Of a stretch of DNA of 64,000 nucleotides, positions 52,701-64,000 are shown piece after piece. A program made the position numbers and the translations under genes. The DNA comes from Macrostomum hystrix. Its lineage: Eukaryota > Animalia > Platyhelminthes. The notes under the pieces were generated by a model. It did no database searches and was not told the DNA's origin. It saw only the letters and a program-made list of their open reading frames with translations. The DNA lies in the NCBI GenBank assembly GCA_950097015.1, contig CATNEN010000038.1:14260001-14324000 (forward strand), written 5' to 3'. Each line of letters opens with the position of its first letter. The stretch's first letter is position 1.

Positions 52701-55700
52701 TAAATCCACTCACTGAACCCTGTAGCTTCTAAACCCACTCACTGAACCCTGAAGCTTCTGAATCCACTCACTGAACCCTGTAGCTTCTAAACCCACTCAC
52801 TGAACTCTGAAGCTTCTGAATCCACTCACTGAACCCTGTAGCTTCTAAACCCACTCACTGAACCCTGAAGCTTCTGAATCCACTCACTGAACCCTGTAGC
52901 TTCTAAACCCACTCACTGAACCCTGAAAAATCTAAACCCACCCACTGAACCCTGAAGCTTCTGAATCCACCCACTGAACCCTGAAGCTTCTGAATCCACC
53001 CACTGAACCCTGAAGCTTCTAAATCCACTCACTGAACCCTGTAGCTTCTAAACCCACTCACTGAACCCTGAAGCTTCTGAATCCACTCACTGAACCCTGT
53101 AGCTTCTAAACCCACTCACTGAACCCTGAAGCTTCTGAATCCACTCACTGAACCCTGTAGCTTCTAAACCCACTCACTGAACCCTGAAGCTTCTGAATCC
53201 ACTCACTGAACCCTGAAGCATCTAAATCCACTCACTGAACCCTGAAGCTTCTGAATCCACTCACTGAACCCTGAAGCTTCTGAATCCACTCACTGAACCC
53301 TGAAGCTTCTGAATCGACTCACTGAACCCTGAAGCTTCTGAATCCACCCACTGAACCCTGAAGCTTCTAAATCCACTCACTGAACCCTGTAGCTTCTAAA
53401 CCCACTCACTGAACCCTGAAGCTTCTGAATCCACTCACTGAACCCTGTAGCTTCTAAACCCACTCACTGAACCCTGAAGCTTCTGAATCCACTCACTGAA
53501 CCCTGTAGCTTCTAACCCACTCACTGAACCCTGAAGCTTCTGAACCCACCCACTGAACCCTGAAGCTTCTGAATCCACTCACTGAACCCTGAAGCTTCTG
53601 AACCCACCCACTGAACCCTGAAGCTTCTGAATCGACTCACTGAACCCTGAAGCTTCTGAATCCACCCACTGAACCCTGAAGCTTCTAAATCCACTCACTG
53701 AACCCTGTAGCTTCTAAACCCACTCACTGAACCCTGAAGCTTCTGAATCCACTCACTGAACCCTGTAGCTTCTAAACCCACTCACTGAACCCTGAAGCTT
53801 CTGAATCCACTCACTGAACCCTGTAGCTTCTAAACCCACTCACTGAACCCTGAAGCTTCTGAACCCACCCACTGAACCCTGAAGCTTCTGAATCCACTCA
53901 CTGAACCCTGAAGCTTCTGAACCCACCCACTGAACCCTGAAGCTTCTGAACCCACCCACTGAACCCTGAAGCTTCTGAATCCACCTACTGAACCCTGAAG
54001 CTTCTGAATCCACCCACTGAACCCTGAAGCTTCTGAATCCACCCACTGAACCCTGAAGCTTCTGAATCCACCCACTGAACCCTGAAGCTTCTAAATCCAC
54101 TCACTGAACCCTGAAGCATCTAAATCCACTCACTGAACCCTGAAAAATCTAAACCCACTCACTGAACCCTGAAGCTTCTGAATCCACCCACTGAACCCTG
54201 AAGCTTCTGAATCCACCCACTGAACCCTGAAGCTTCTAAATCCACTCACTGAACCCTGAAGCTTCTGAATCCACTCACTGAACCCTGAAGCTTCTGAATC
54301 GACTCACTGAACCCTGAAGCTTCTGAATCCACCCACTGAACCCTGAAGCTTCTAAATCCACTCACTGAACCCTGTAGCTTCTAAACCCACTCACTGAACC
54401 CTGAAGCTTCTGAATCCACTCACTGAACCCTGTAGCTTCTAAACCCACTCACTGAACCCTGAAGCTTCTGAATCCACTCACTGAACCCTGTAGCTTCTAA
54501 ACCCACTCACTGAACCCTGAAGCTTCTGAACCCACCCACTGAACCCTGAAGCTTCTGAATCCACTCACTGAACCCTGAAGCTTCTGAATCCACTCACTGA
54601 ACCCTGAAGCTTCTGAACCCACCCACTGAACCCTGAAGCTTCTGAATCGACTCACTGAACCCTGAAGCTTCTAAATCCACTCACTGAACCCTGTAGCTTC
54701 TAAACCCACTCACTGAACCCTGAAGCTTCTAAATCCACTCACTGAACCCTGTAGCTTCTAAACCCACTCACTGAACCCTGAAGCTTCTGAATCCACTCAC
54801 TGAACCCTGTAGCTTCTGAATCCACTCACTGAACCCTGTAGCTTCTAAACCCACTCACTGAACCCTGAAGCTTCTGAATCCACTCACTGAACCCTGAAGC
54901 TTCTGAACCCACCCACTGAACCCTGAAGCTTCTGAATCCACTCACTGAACCCTGAAGCATCTAAACCCACTCACTGAACCCTGAAGCTTCTGAATCCACT
55001 CACTGAACCCTGAAGCTTCTGAATCGACTCACTGAACCCTGAAGCTTCTGAATCCACCCACTGAACCCTGAAGCTTCTAAATCCACTCACTGAACCCTGT
55101 AGCTTCTAAACCCACTCACTGAACCCTGAAGCTTCTGAATCCACTCACTGAACCCTGTAGCTTCTAAACCCACTCACTGAACCCTGAAGCTTCTGAATCC
55201 ACTCACTGAACCCTGTAGCTTCTAAACCCACTCACTGAACCCTGTAGCTTCTAAACCCACTCACTGAACCCTGAAGCTTCTGAACCCACCCACTGAACCC
55301 TGAAGCTTCTGAATCCACTCACTGAACCCTGAAGCATCTAAACCCACTCACTGAACCCTGAAGCTTCTGAATCCACTCACTGAACCCTGAAGCATCTAAA
55401 TCCACTCACTGAACCCTGAAGCTTCTGAATCCACTCACTGAACCCTGAAGCATCTAAATCCACTCACTGAACCCTGAAGCTTCTGAATCCACTCACTGAA
55501 CCCTGAAGCTTCTGAATCGACTCACTGAACCCTGAAGCTTCTGAATCCACCCACTGAACCCTGAAGCTTCTAAATCCACTCACTGAACCCTGTAGCTTCT
55601 AAACCCACTCACTGAACCCTGAAGCTTCTGAATCCACTCACTGAACCCTGTAGCTTCTAAACCCACTCACTGAACCCTGAAGCTTCTGAATCCACTCACT

Positions 55701-57831
55701 GAACCCTGTAGCTTCTAAACCCACTCACTGAACCCTGAAAAATCTAAACCCACTCACTGAACCCTGAAGCTTCTGAATCCACCCACTGAACCCTGAAGCT
55801 TCTAAATCCACTCACTGAACCCTGTAGCTTCTAAACCCACTCACTGAACCCTGAAGCTTCTGAATCCACTCACTGAACCCTGTAGCTTCTAAACCCACTC
55901 ACTGAACCCTGAAGCTTCTGAATCCACTCACTGAACCCTGTAGCTTCTAAACCCACTCACTGAACCCTGAAGCTTCTGAACCCACCCACTGAACCCTGAA
56001 GCTTCTGAATCCACTCACTGAACCCTGAAGCTTCTGAACCCACCCACTGAACCCTGAAGCTTCTGAACCCACCCACTGAACCCTGAAGCTTCTGAATCCA
56101 CCTACTGAACCCTGAAGCTTCTGAATCCACCCACTGAACCCTGAAGCTTCTGAATCCACCCACTGAACCCTGAAGCTTCTGAATCCACCCACTGAACCCT
56201 GAAGCTTCTAAATCCACTCACTGAACCCTGAAGCATCTAAATCCACTCACTGAACCCTAAAAAATCTAAACCCACTCACTGAACCCTGAAGCTTCTGAAT
56301 CCACCCACTGAACCCTGAAGCTTCTGAATCCACCCACTGAACCCTGAAGCTTCTGAATCCACCCACTGAACCCTGAAGCTTCTAAATCCACTCACTGAAC
56401 CCTGAAGCATCTAAATCCACTCACTGAACCCTGAAAAATCTAAACCCACTCACTGAACCCTGAAGCTTCTGAATCCACCCACTGAACCCTGAAGCTTCTG
56501 AATCCACCCACTGAACCCTGAAGCTTCTGAATCCACCCACTGAACCCTGAAGCTTCTAAATCCACTCACTGAACCCTGTAGCTTCTAAACCCACTCACTG
56601 AACCCTGAAGCTTCTGAATCCACTCACTGAACCCTGTAGCTTCTAAACCCACTCACTGAACCCTGAAGCTTCTGAATCCACTCACTGAACCCTGTAGCTT
56701 CTAAACCCACTCACTGAACCCTGAAGCTTCTGAACCCACCCACTGAACCCTGAAGCTTCTGAATCCACTCACTGAACCCTGAAGCTTCTGAACCCACCCA
56801 CTGAACCCTGAAGCTTCTGAACCCACCCACTGAACCCTGAAGCTTCTGAATCCACCCACTGAACCCTGAAGCTTCTAAATCCACTCACTGAACCCTGAAG
56901 CATCTAAATCCACTCACTGAACCCTGAAAAATCTAAACCCACTCACTGAACCCTGAAGCTTCTGAATCCACCCACTGAACCCTGAAGCTTCTGAATCCAC
57001 CCACTGAACCCTGAAGCTTCTGAATCCACCCACTGAACCCTGAAGCTTCTGAATCCACCCACTGAACCCTGAAGCTTCTGAATCCACCCACTGAACCCTG
57101 AAGCTTCTGAATCCACCCACTGAACCCTGAAGCTTCTAAATCCACTCACTGAACCCTGAAGCTTCTGAATCCACCCACTGAACCCTGAAGCTTCTGAATC
57201 CACCCACTGAACCCTGAAGCTTCTGAATCCACCCACTGAACCCTGAAGCTTCTAAATCCACTCACTGAACCCTGAAGCATCTAAATCCACTCACTGAACC
57301 CTGAAAAATCTAAACCCACTCACTGAACTCTGAAGCTTCTGAATCCACCCACTGAACCCTGAAGCTTCTGAACCCACCCACTGAACCCTGAAGCTTCTGA
57401 ATCCACCCACTGAACCCTGAAGCTTCTGAATCCACCCACTGAACCCTGAAGCTTCTGAATCCACCCACTGAACCCTGAAGCTTCTGAATCCACCCACTGA
57501 ACCCTGAAGCTTCTAAACCCACTCACTGAACCCTGAAGCATCTAAATCCACTCACTGAACCCTGAAAAATCTAAACCCACTCACTGAACCCTGAAGCTTC
57601 TGAACCCACCCACTGAACCCTGAAGCTTCTGAATCCACCCACTGAACCCTGAAGCTTCTGAATCCACCCACTGAACCCTGAAGCTTCTGAATCCACCCAC
57701 TGAACCCTGAAGCTTCTGAATCCACCCACTGAACCCTGAAGCTTCTGAATCCACTCACTGAACCCTGAAGCTTCTGAATCCACCCACTGAACCCTGAAGC
57801 TTCTGAATCCACCCACTGAACCCTGAACCCT
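46795..57831. repeat. 29-bp intronic satellite ACTGAACCCTGAAGCTTCTRAAYCCACYC, ~380 copies, 11 kb
   Basis: Fills DDX41 intron 5 (46719-57859); higher-order blocks are present. Confidence 0.99.
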
Positions 57832-57859
57832 CAATCACTATCCTTCTAAATTGGTTCAG

Positions 57860-58117
57860 GTGGACCTGTCGGTGCTGCTGGACCTGAAGCACCTGCTGAT
57901 TGAGGCCAAGCAGAAGGTGCCAGACTTCCTAGCTGAGCTGTCCCGTGGCGAGGAGGAATACGTGAACATTGCCGGCGAGATCGGCTGTTCCTACTGCGGC
58001 GGTCTTGGCCACCGTATCGCCGACTGTCCGAAGCTGGAGCAGAAGCAGAGACAGGCGGCCCAAAGTTTGGCTAAGGGGCCTGACTATTATCACGGCACTG
58101 GCGGGGGTGACTACTGA
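57860..58117 (+). CDS. DDX41: DDX41 terminal exon (C-terminal zinc knuckle)
   Basis: [17 protein letters not shown] and [18 protein letters not shown] are the DDX41 signature. Exons sum to 1929 nt (643 codons). Confidence 0.94.
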   Translation: MDLSVLLDLKHLLIEAKQKVPDFLAELSRGEEEYVNIAGEIGCSYCGGLGHRIADCPKLEQKQRQAAQSLAKGPDYYHGTGGGDY

Positions 58118-58628
58118 TGTTCTGCTTTGTTGCTGTTTCCATAGCAACTGCTTGTCTGAATTCGATCGTTTAAAATAATGTAAATATTAAAAAAATACAT
58201 GATAAGTAAGCAGTAAAAAATTATTTTTTTCATTAATTTCAAAATATGTTTAATGTCTGTATTTTCAAGTTGTAGCTGAGACCAATAGTGTCGGATGTAT
58301 AAAGCGAGCGATAAAAAATATAAACTAAAAAACTATAGTACTAGTAAATCTACTAAAGTTCAATTGACAAAAACATGATTGATATCTAAACTGTGAAATC
58401 AGAAGGAGAACAGTATTATACTTTCGAATTTGTCGTTAAAAATATCGATATAGTAAAGATTTTAGACAGTTTTTTAAGTACAAAAAAATTTGTCTATGTA
58501 TTTACATATTTCTTATTTGCTTGAATAAAATGAATATTTATAACTTCGTAGTTACAGTCCTACTAAGTCCAATAAGAGCAGCAGGAATATTATATAAAGC
58601 TTGGCTTGAAAATGGATCATCAGAATAA

Positions 58629-58994
58629 TTACCCCGGCCGCTGCGACCGCTGCCGCTGCTGCTGCAAAAGTCCAAAAACCTCTGAAAGCTGCTTCTCCAA
58701 ATTCTGAAATCTTTCATCGATTTTACTTTCGAGTTTCTTCAGTCGCTTTCGCTGCCGAAGTTGCAGTTCCTCCACTTCTGCGAGAACCTGCTCCTCCACT
58801 TGTGTGACATCCTCGCGCATGTCCATGACTTGGTTGTCGACGTGGGCCTTCATCATATCAAGATCCGCCTTGTGCCTCTCGACCGCTCGCAGCAGCCTGG
58901 GTCGGTGCTGGCGCAGCTGCTCAGCTTGGAAGATGAGAAACTTCTCGCAGCCTTCCGGGTAGCCGCTGAAGTCATTTTGATTAGTCCACCACGG
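58629..58994 (-). CDS. TRP channel terminal exon (coiled-coil tail)
   Basis: Acceptor TTGCAG|CCG in phase 0. Heptad-rich LKKLESKIDERFQNLEKQLSEVFGLL, as in TRPM-type C-terminal coiled coils. Confidence 0.82.
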   Translation of the reverse strand, partial: PWWTNQNDFSGYPEGCEKFLIFQAEQLRQHRPRLLRAVERHKADLDMMKAHVDNQVMDMREDVTQVEEQVLAEVEELQLRQRKRLKKLESKIDERFQNLEKQLSEVFGLLQQQRQRSQRPG

Positions 58995-59085
58995 CTGCAA
59001 CATTTTTGTGGCATTTCAGGGTTTTAGAGCATAAATTTTCGGTTATATTATTAAGGCCTAGAGCTGCTAACTTAAAAAATGTAAC

Positions 59086-60593
59086 GCTTCTCATGTGTGT
59101 CGATTCTATGAAACACACAAGGCTTCTCAGGTGTGTCGATTCTATGAAACACACAAGGCTTCTCAGGTGTGTCGATTCTATGAAACACACAAGGCTTCTC
59201 ATGTGTGTCGATTCTATGAAACACACAAGGCTTCTCAGGTGTGTCGATTCTATGAAACACACAAGGCTTCTCATGTGTGTCGATTCTATGAAACACACAA
59301 GGCTTCTCAGGTGTGTCGATTCTATGAAACACACAAGGCTTCTCATGTGTGTCGATTCTATGAAACACACAAGGCTTCTCATGTGTGTCGATTCTATGAA
59401 ACACACAAGGCTTCTCAGGTGTGTCGATTCTATGAAACACACAAGGCTTCTCATGTGTGTCGATTCTATGAAACACACAAGGCTTCTCAGGTGTGTCGAT
59501 TCTATGAAACACACAAGGCTTCTCATGTGTGTCGATTCTATGAAACACACAAGGCTTCTCAGGTGTGTCGATTCTATGAAACACACAAGGCTTCTCATGT
59601 GTGTCGATTCTATGAAACACACAAGGCTTCTCATGTGTGTCGATTCTATGAAACACACAAGGCTTCTCATGTGTGTCGATTCTATGAAACACACAAGGCT
59701 TCTCATGTGTGTCGATTCTATGAAACACACAAGGCTTCTCATGTGTGTCGATTCTATGAAACACACAAGGCTTCTCATGTGTGTCGATTCTATGAAACAC
59801 ACAAGGCTTCTCATGTGTGTCGATTCTATGAAACACACAAGGCTTCTCATGTGTGTCGATTCTATGAAACACACAAGGCTTCTCATGTGTGTCGATTCTA
59901 TGAAACACACAAGGCTTCTCATGTGTGTCGATTCTATGAAACACACAAGGCTTCTCATGTGTGTCGATTCTATGAAACACACAAGGCTTCTCATGTGTGT
60001 CGATTCTATGAAACACACAAGGCTTCTCATGTGTGTCGATTCTATGAAACACACAAGGCTTCTCATGTGTGTCGATTCTATGAAACACACAAGGCTTCTC
60101 ATGTGTGTCGATTCTATGAAACACACAAGGCTTCTCATGTGTGTCGATTCTATGAAACACACAAGGCTTCTCATGTGTGTCGATTCTATGAAACACACAA
60201 GGCTTCTCATGTGTGTCGATTCTATGAAACACACAAGGCTTCTCAGGTGTGTCGATTCTATGAAACACACAAGGCTTCTCATGTGTGTCGATTCTATGAA
60301 ACACACAAGGCTTCTCATGTGTGTCGATTCTATGAAACACACAAGGCTTCTCATGTGTGTCGATTCTATGAAACACACAAGGCTTCTCATGTGTGTCGAT
60401 TCTATGAAACACACAAGGCTTCTCATGTGTGTCGATTCTATGAAACACACAAGGCTTCTCATGTGTGTCGATTCTATGAAACACACAAGGCTTCTCATGT
60501 GTGTCGATTCTATGAAACACACAAGGCTTCTCATGTGTGTCGATTCTATGAAACACACAAGGCTTCTCAGGTGTGTCGATTCTATGAAACACA
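59086..60593. repeat. 36-bp intronic minisatellite GCTTCTCAKGTGTGTCGATTCTATGAAACACACAAG, ~42 copies
   Basis: Last intron of the TRP gene (58995-60682); only one variable position (G/T). Confidence 0.99.
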
Positions 60594-60682
60594 GTATACG
60601 GGAATGTCAATTTGTCCCAGTATCACATGTATGACTAGATAAAAACTAATTTTGAAGTTTACAAAAGCAGAGTGTTAATTAC

Positions 60683-63600
60683 CTTTGCATCCCCAGAAGG
60701 GTGGACTTTACAAGCCGAGCACGAACAGCAGCAGCTAGATCTCCGGAGCAATTTCCAAGCGTAGATAGGAAATGACAGCGGCGGCGGTACTGGGCTGACC
60801 TCCGCGAACTCCTGGAGCATCTCGAACAGGTTCTTGCGCCACAGAACTTCAGCCCTGCTAGCCATGTCTGTCACTGTACGGTTGAACAGGGCGATCAGCA
60901 GGTTCCACATCACAATATTCACCAATAGGAGGAACACGAAGATGAGAATTCCACTGAAGAATCTGTTCCCTCCGTCGTCTGCGCATGCTTGTCCTGTTGC
61001 AAGGCTGCTGGAGTTGCAAGAATCGAATTGAGCATTTTCAAAGATCCCGAGGGCTATGGACACTGGCAGAGTGAACACCTTTATGAGTGCTTGCGGATCT
61101 CTCAGTTCTGAGAAGGCCGGGAACAGCAGATTAAAGAAGAATATTCCAAATGAGTAGATCAGCACTAGCAAGATCAATAGAAACGGCAGAAGGTCTTTGA
61201 AAAGCAAGCTCTTTAGCATAGAGATCTTCGGACCCGTGACCTTGAAGAAGCTGAGGAGGGACACTGAGCGGAATCCCAAAAGCAGGTATGAGATGCTCAG
61301 CACAATCTGACAGCTGCGTAGGAGGCTGGGGTCGCTCATCTGTCCCAGCAGCTTTAGTACCAGGCCAGCCCACATAAGCATCAGGCCGAATATGTCAAAG
61401 TAGTTAAAGAAGTCGGTAAAGTAGCGTGGAATTCTTCTGACGCCGTTTCTTAAGTACACGTCTTTCGGAGAGATTTTATTGAGCAAGTCGTTGATCTCCT
61501 GCAGAGTGTAGGACAGAGCGTAGGCTAGCAAAATTATGTCGGCAGCTACGTACTGCTTAGTTCGACTGAAATCCGTCACGTACCAGGAAAGGTACAGAAG
61601 AAATATCACGAAAAAGACGGAGTGAATGATGAAGCGCTGCTGAATCGTCACTCTAGGGACCACCTTGCAGGTGCAGCAGTCATTTGCGCCGTTCCAGGGC
61701 AGTGGTGGAGCCTCTTCCCAATGCCGATCAATCAATTGGCTGATGCATTCAGTCGCAAACAAGTCGTCACAGTCAAGGGTCTCCACCAGCTCGATTACTG
61801 ATACAAATTTTCGCGGATTTTTTGTCACACCAGAATCATCAGCCTGGCTCAGCAACTCGATCGGTGCTAAAAACCTTGGCCCAACCACCTTTTCTGTCTC
61901 TGACTTGTTGCTTTGGCTGGACCAGCCTGTCAGGTAGCTGAACAGAAGCTGTCTCTCATCTTCATCTGCATTCACATACAGCTGATCCAGAGCGTTCGCC
62001 ACCACGTTAGAGGCTAATCCCAGGATTTTCCTCATTCGTTCACTTTTGCCCGCTAGTGCCTTTGGTTTCAAGTAAATGAGCAGTCTCAGGGTCTGAGGGA
62101 TGATGTCGAACTGAGGCAGCAGCATCAAGTCAGTGAGGAGGTTCGGCTTCTCAAGCAGCACCGCGTACTCCATCAGCGTCAGCGGCCTTCCATTTATTTC
62201 AGAAAGCCGCAAAACTTTTTTCATAGACAAGAGCATCGGGGAATTAGCATTTCCTTTAACTTGCTTTATTATGTACTTGTTAAACTGCTCGTCAATGTCA
62301 TCAATCTCATAACGCAAGCTGATTAAGCTGCGAAGCAGTTCGCTGGAATCTAGCTCGAATGCTCTGAACAACATCCTCACTTGTGGTGACACTTCTTGTT
62401 TTGATGTTCCCACTCTTTCTTGTCTGACTAGGCCTTCTTCCTTCTGCCTTCTTCCTCTGCCTTCTTCCTGCCGTCCGTCGTCCTCAATGCTGGCCTTCAG
62501 TGACGAGTCGTTGAATCGAGTCAACTGGCTTTGGGCCACCTGAGTGCCTGGAAGCTTGAAAGCTCTTGCCGTTGAATCGACTAGCTTCAGAACTTCGCAG
62601 AGGCCAACTTCTGATAGCTGCTCTTCCGCCATCTTGAGCAGAACATCAAGCTTGCCTTTGTTGCACGCGAAGTCAACACATGACTGCCCGGCTGCAGTTT
62701 GTTCCTTGAGTTTCCCTCCCCTCTTCAGTAAATATTCAATGTTCTCTTTGTGACCTGCTTCACAGGCAAAGTGCAGGCAGGTCGCACCTTTGAGAGGTCC
62801 ATCGGTGACTCGAACAGCGAGTAGTTCTTTAAAAGAGAGATCGCAAAATTTGCTCAATTTCTTGCTTATACGCGACAGATTCGATTTAGTAGAGTAAACG
62901 TGCGCCACCTGAATTCCTTCTGAGTTAGTTTGCAATGCTCTGAAAATAGTTACCAGGTCTGCATCCATTACCACTTTTAGAATTAAATCTAAATTCAATT
63001 CTTCTCGAATGACCGAAAGGCAATTCTGCTTAAACTTGTTTTCGGCTTTGTGATCTACGCCCTTCTCTAGCAGAAAGCGAATATGCCTCCTCCAGAACCA
63101 CGAGTCATAAATCCAGTCGGGGCAGCTGAACAAAGCATGAAACAATGTATTGTTAAATGAATCTAACGAATTGGCCAGGGTTGAGCTGTTGTGTCCATGC
63201 TGGACGGCTTGCTCAAAAACGAACGGCAAAACATCTGTATGCTCATTCCTAACACATGAGAATAGTATTGTTTCACCATTGTTGCTGCAGCACTGAAAAC
63301 AGTCATTGAACCCGAGAACCTCAGTTATTTTCTGCAGTGTGTCCAAATCTTGACAGGAAAAAGCCTTATGAATGGCGGTGTTTCCGTCATCGTCTTTATC
63401 GAAGAAAAGTGTCTTGTCGGCGACTTCAGAAATGAGCCATTGAAGTACAGCAGGATTCGCACTATTTAGGGCAGCATGTTGCAATGCACTTGGAATTCGT
63501 TCTCCTTTTGCAGCCACGCACTGCTGCAGACCCAGTTTTGTGGTCAAAATCTGCAGTGTGTCCAAATCTTGACAGGAAAAGGCCTTATGAATGGCGGTGT

Positions 63601-64000
63601 TCCCGTCATCGTCTTTATCGAAGAAAAGTGTCTTGTCGGCGACTTCAGAAATGAGCCATTGAAGTACAGCAGGATTCGCACTATTTAGGGCAGCATATTG
63701 TAAGGCATTCCGACTGCATTCTCCTTTCGCAGCTAAGCACTGCTGTAGGCCAAGTTTCCGAGTCAAAATTTGCACTGTCTCCAAATCTTGATTCTTAAAA
63801 GACAGGTGAATGGCGGTTTTCCCGTCGTTGTCTTTCTCGAAGAACAATTTTTTGTCGGTGACTTCAGAAATGAGCCATTGAAGTACAGCAGGATTTGCAC
63901 TGTTGAGGGCGGCATATTGTAAGGCATTCGAGTTGCGATATCCTTTCGCAGCCAAGCACTGCTGCGGGCCAAGTTTCCGAGTCAAAATTTTCACTGTCTC
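60683..64000 (-). CDS. Ankyrin-repeat TRP-family cation channel, large exon (5' end lies outside the window)
   Basis: Ankyrin repeats (GNTAIH, ALQYAA, GATCLHFACEAGH), hydrophobic S1-S6 helices (YFTDFFNYFD, GPKISML, MWNLLIALFN) and a TRP-box-like WRKNL...EF...SPVPPPLS. Donor AAG|GTAATT at 60682, phase 0. Confidence 0.88.
63338..64000 (-). repeat. Coding 219-bp (73-aa) tandem ankyrin repeat units
   Basis: GTGTCCAAATCTTGA recurs near 63338 and 63557, with a variant near 63776; the translations are near-identical. Confidence 0.9.

Noticed and set aside
46795-57831. Telomere-like CCCTGAA / TAAACCC words
   Set aside because: They are embedded in a 29-bp unit inside an intron, not a pure telomeric tract.
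59086-60593. CRISPR-like 36-bp palindromic repeat
   Set aside because: Units are head-to-tail with no unique spacers, there are no cas genes, and the array lies in a eukaryotic intron.
59086-60593. Hammerhead-like GAAAC-stem-GTC geometry in the 36-mer
   Set aside because: A stem III-like pairing exists, but there is no CUGANGA core and no room for stems I and II.

Overview
Animal genomic DNA, roughly 40% tandem repeat, with GC-rich poly-Q/poly-A exons and AT-rich introns. The style resembles a flatworm such as Macrostomum; this is an inference and was not verified. Four spliced genes can be rebuilt with consistent splice phases. (1) A basonuclin/disco-family C2H2 zinc-finger gene (+, 11826-20026, 5 exons, ~869 aa). 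(2) An MBD5/MBD6-like gene (-, 34449-26709, 2 coding exons, ~640 aa), whose MBD-like domain only appears when two separate ORFs are spliced across a 5.8-kb intron. (3) DDX41/abstrakt DEAD-box helicase (+, 41307-58117, 6 exons, ~642 aa). (4) The 3' part of an ankyrin-repeat TRP channel with a TRPM-like pore and C-terminus (-, >64000-58629). Every intron longer than about 0.8 kb carries its own minisatellite (units 15-50 bp, up to 11 kb), often running from near the donor to near the acceptor, and most units have internal dyad symmetry. Also present: a tRNA-headed SINE (one full and one partial copy), a TIR element with an 8-bp TSD next to a decayed Merlin/IS1595-like transposase fragment, and a second inverted-repeat element. 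Most long ORFs in the supplied track are translations of repeats.
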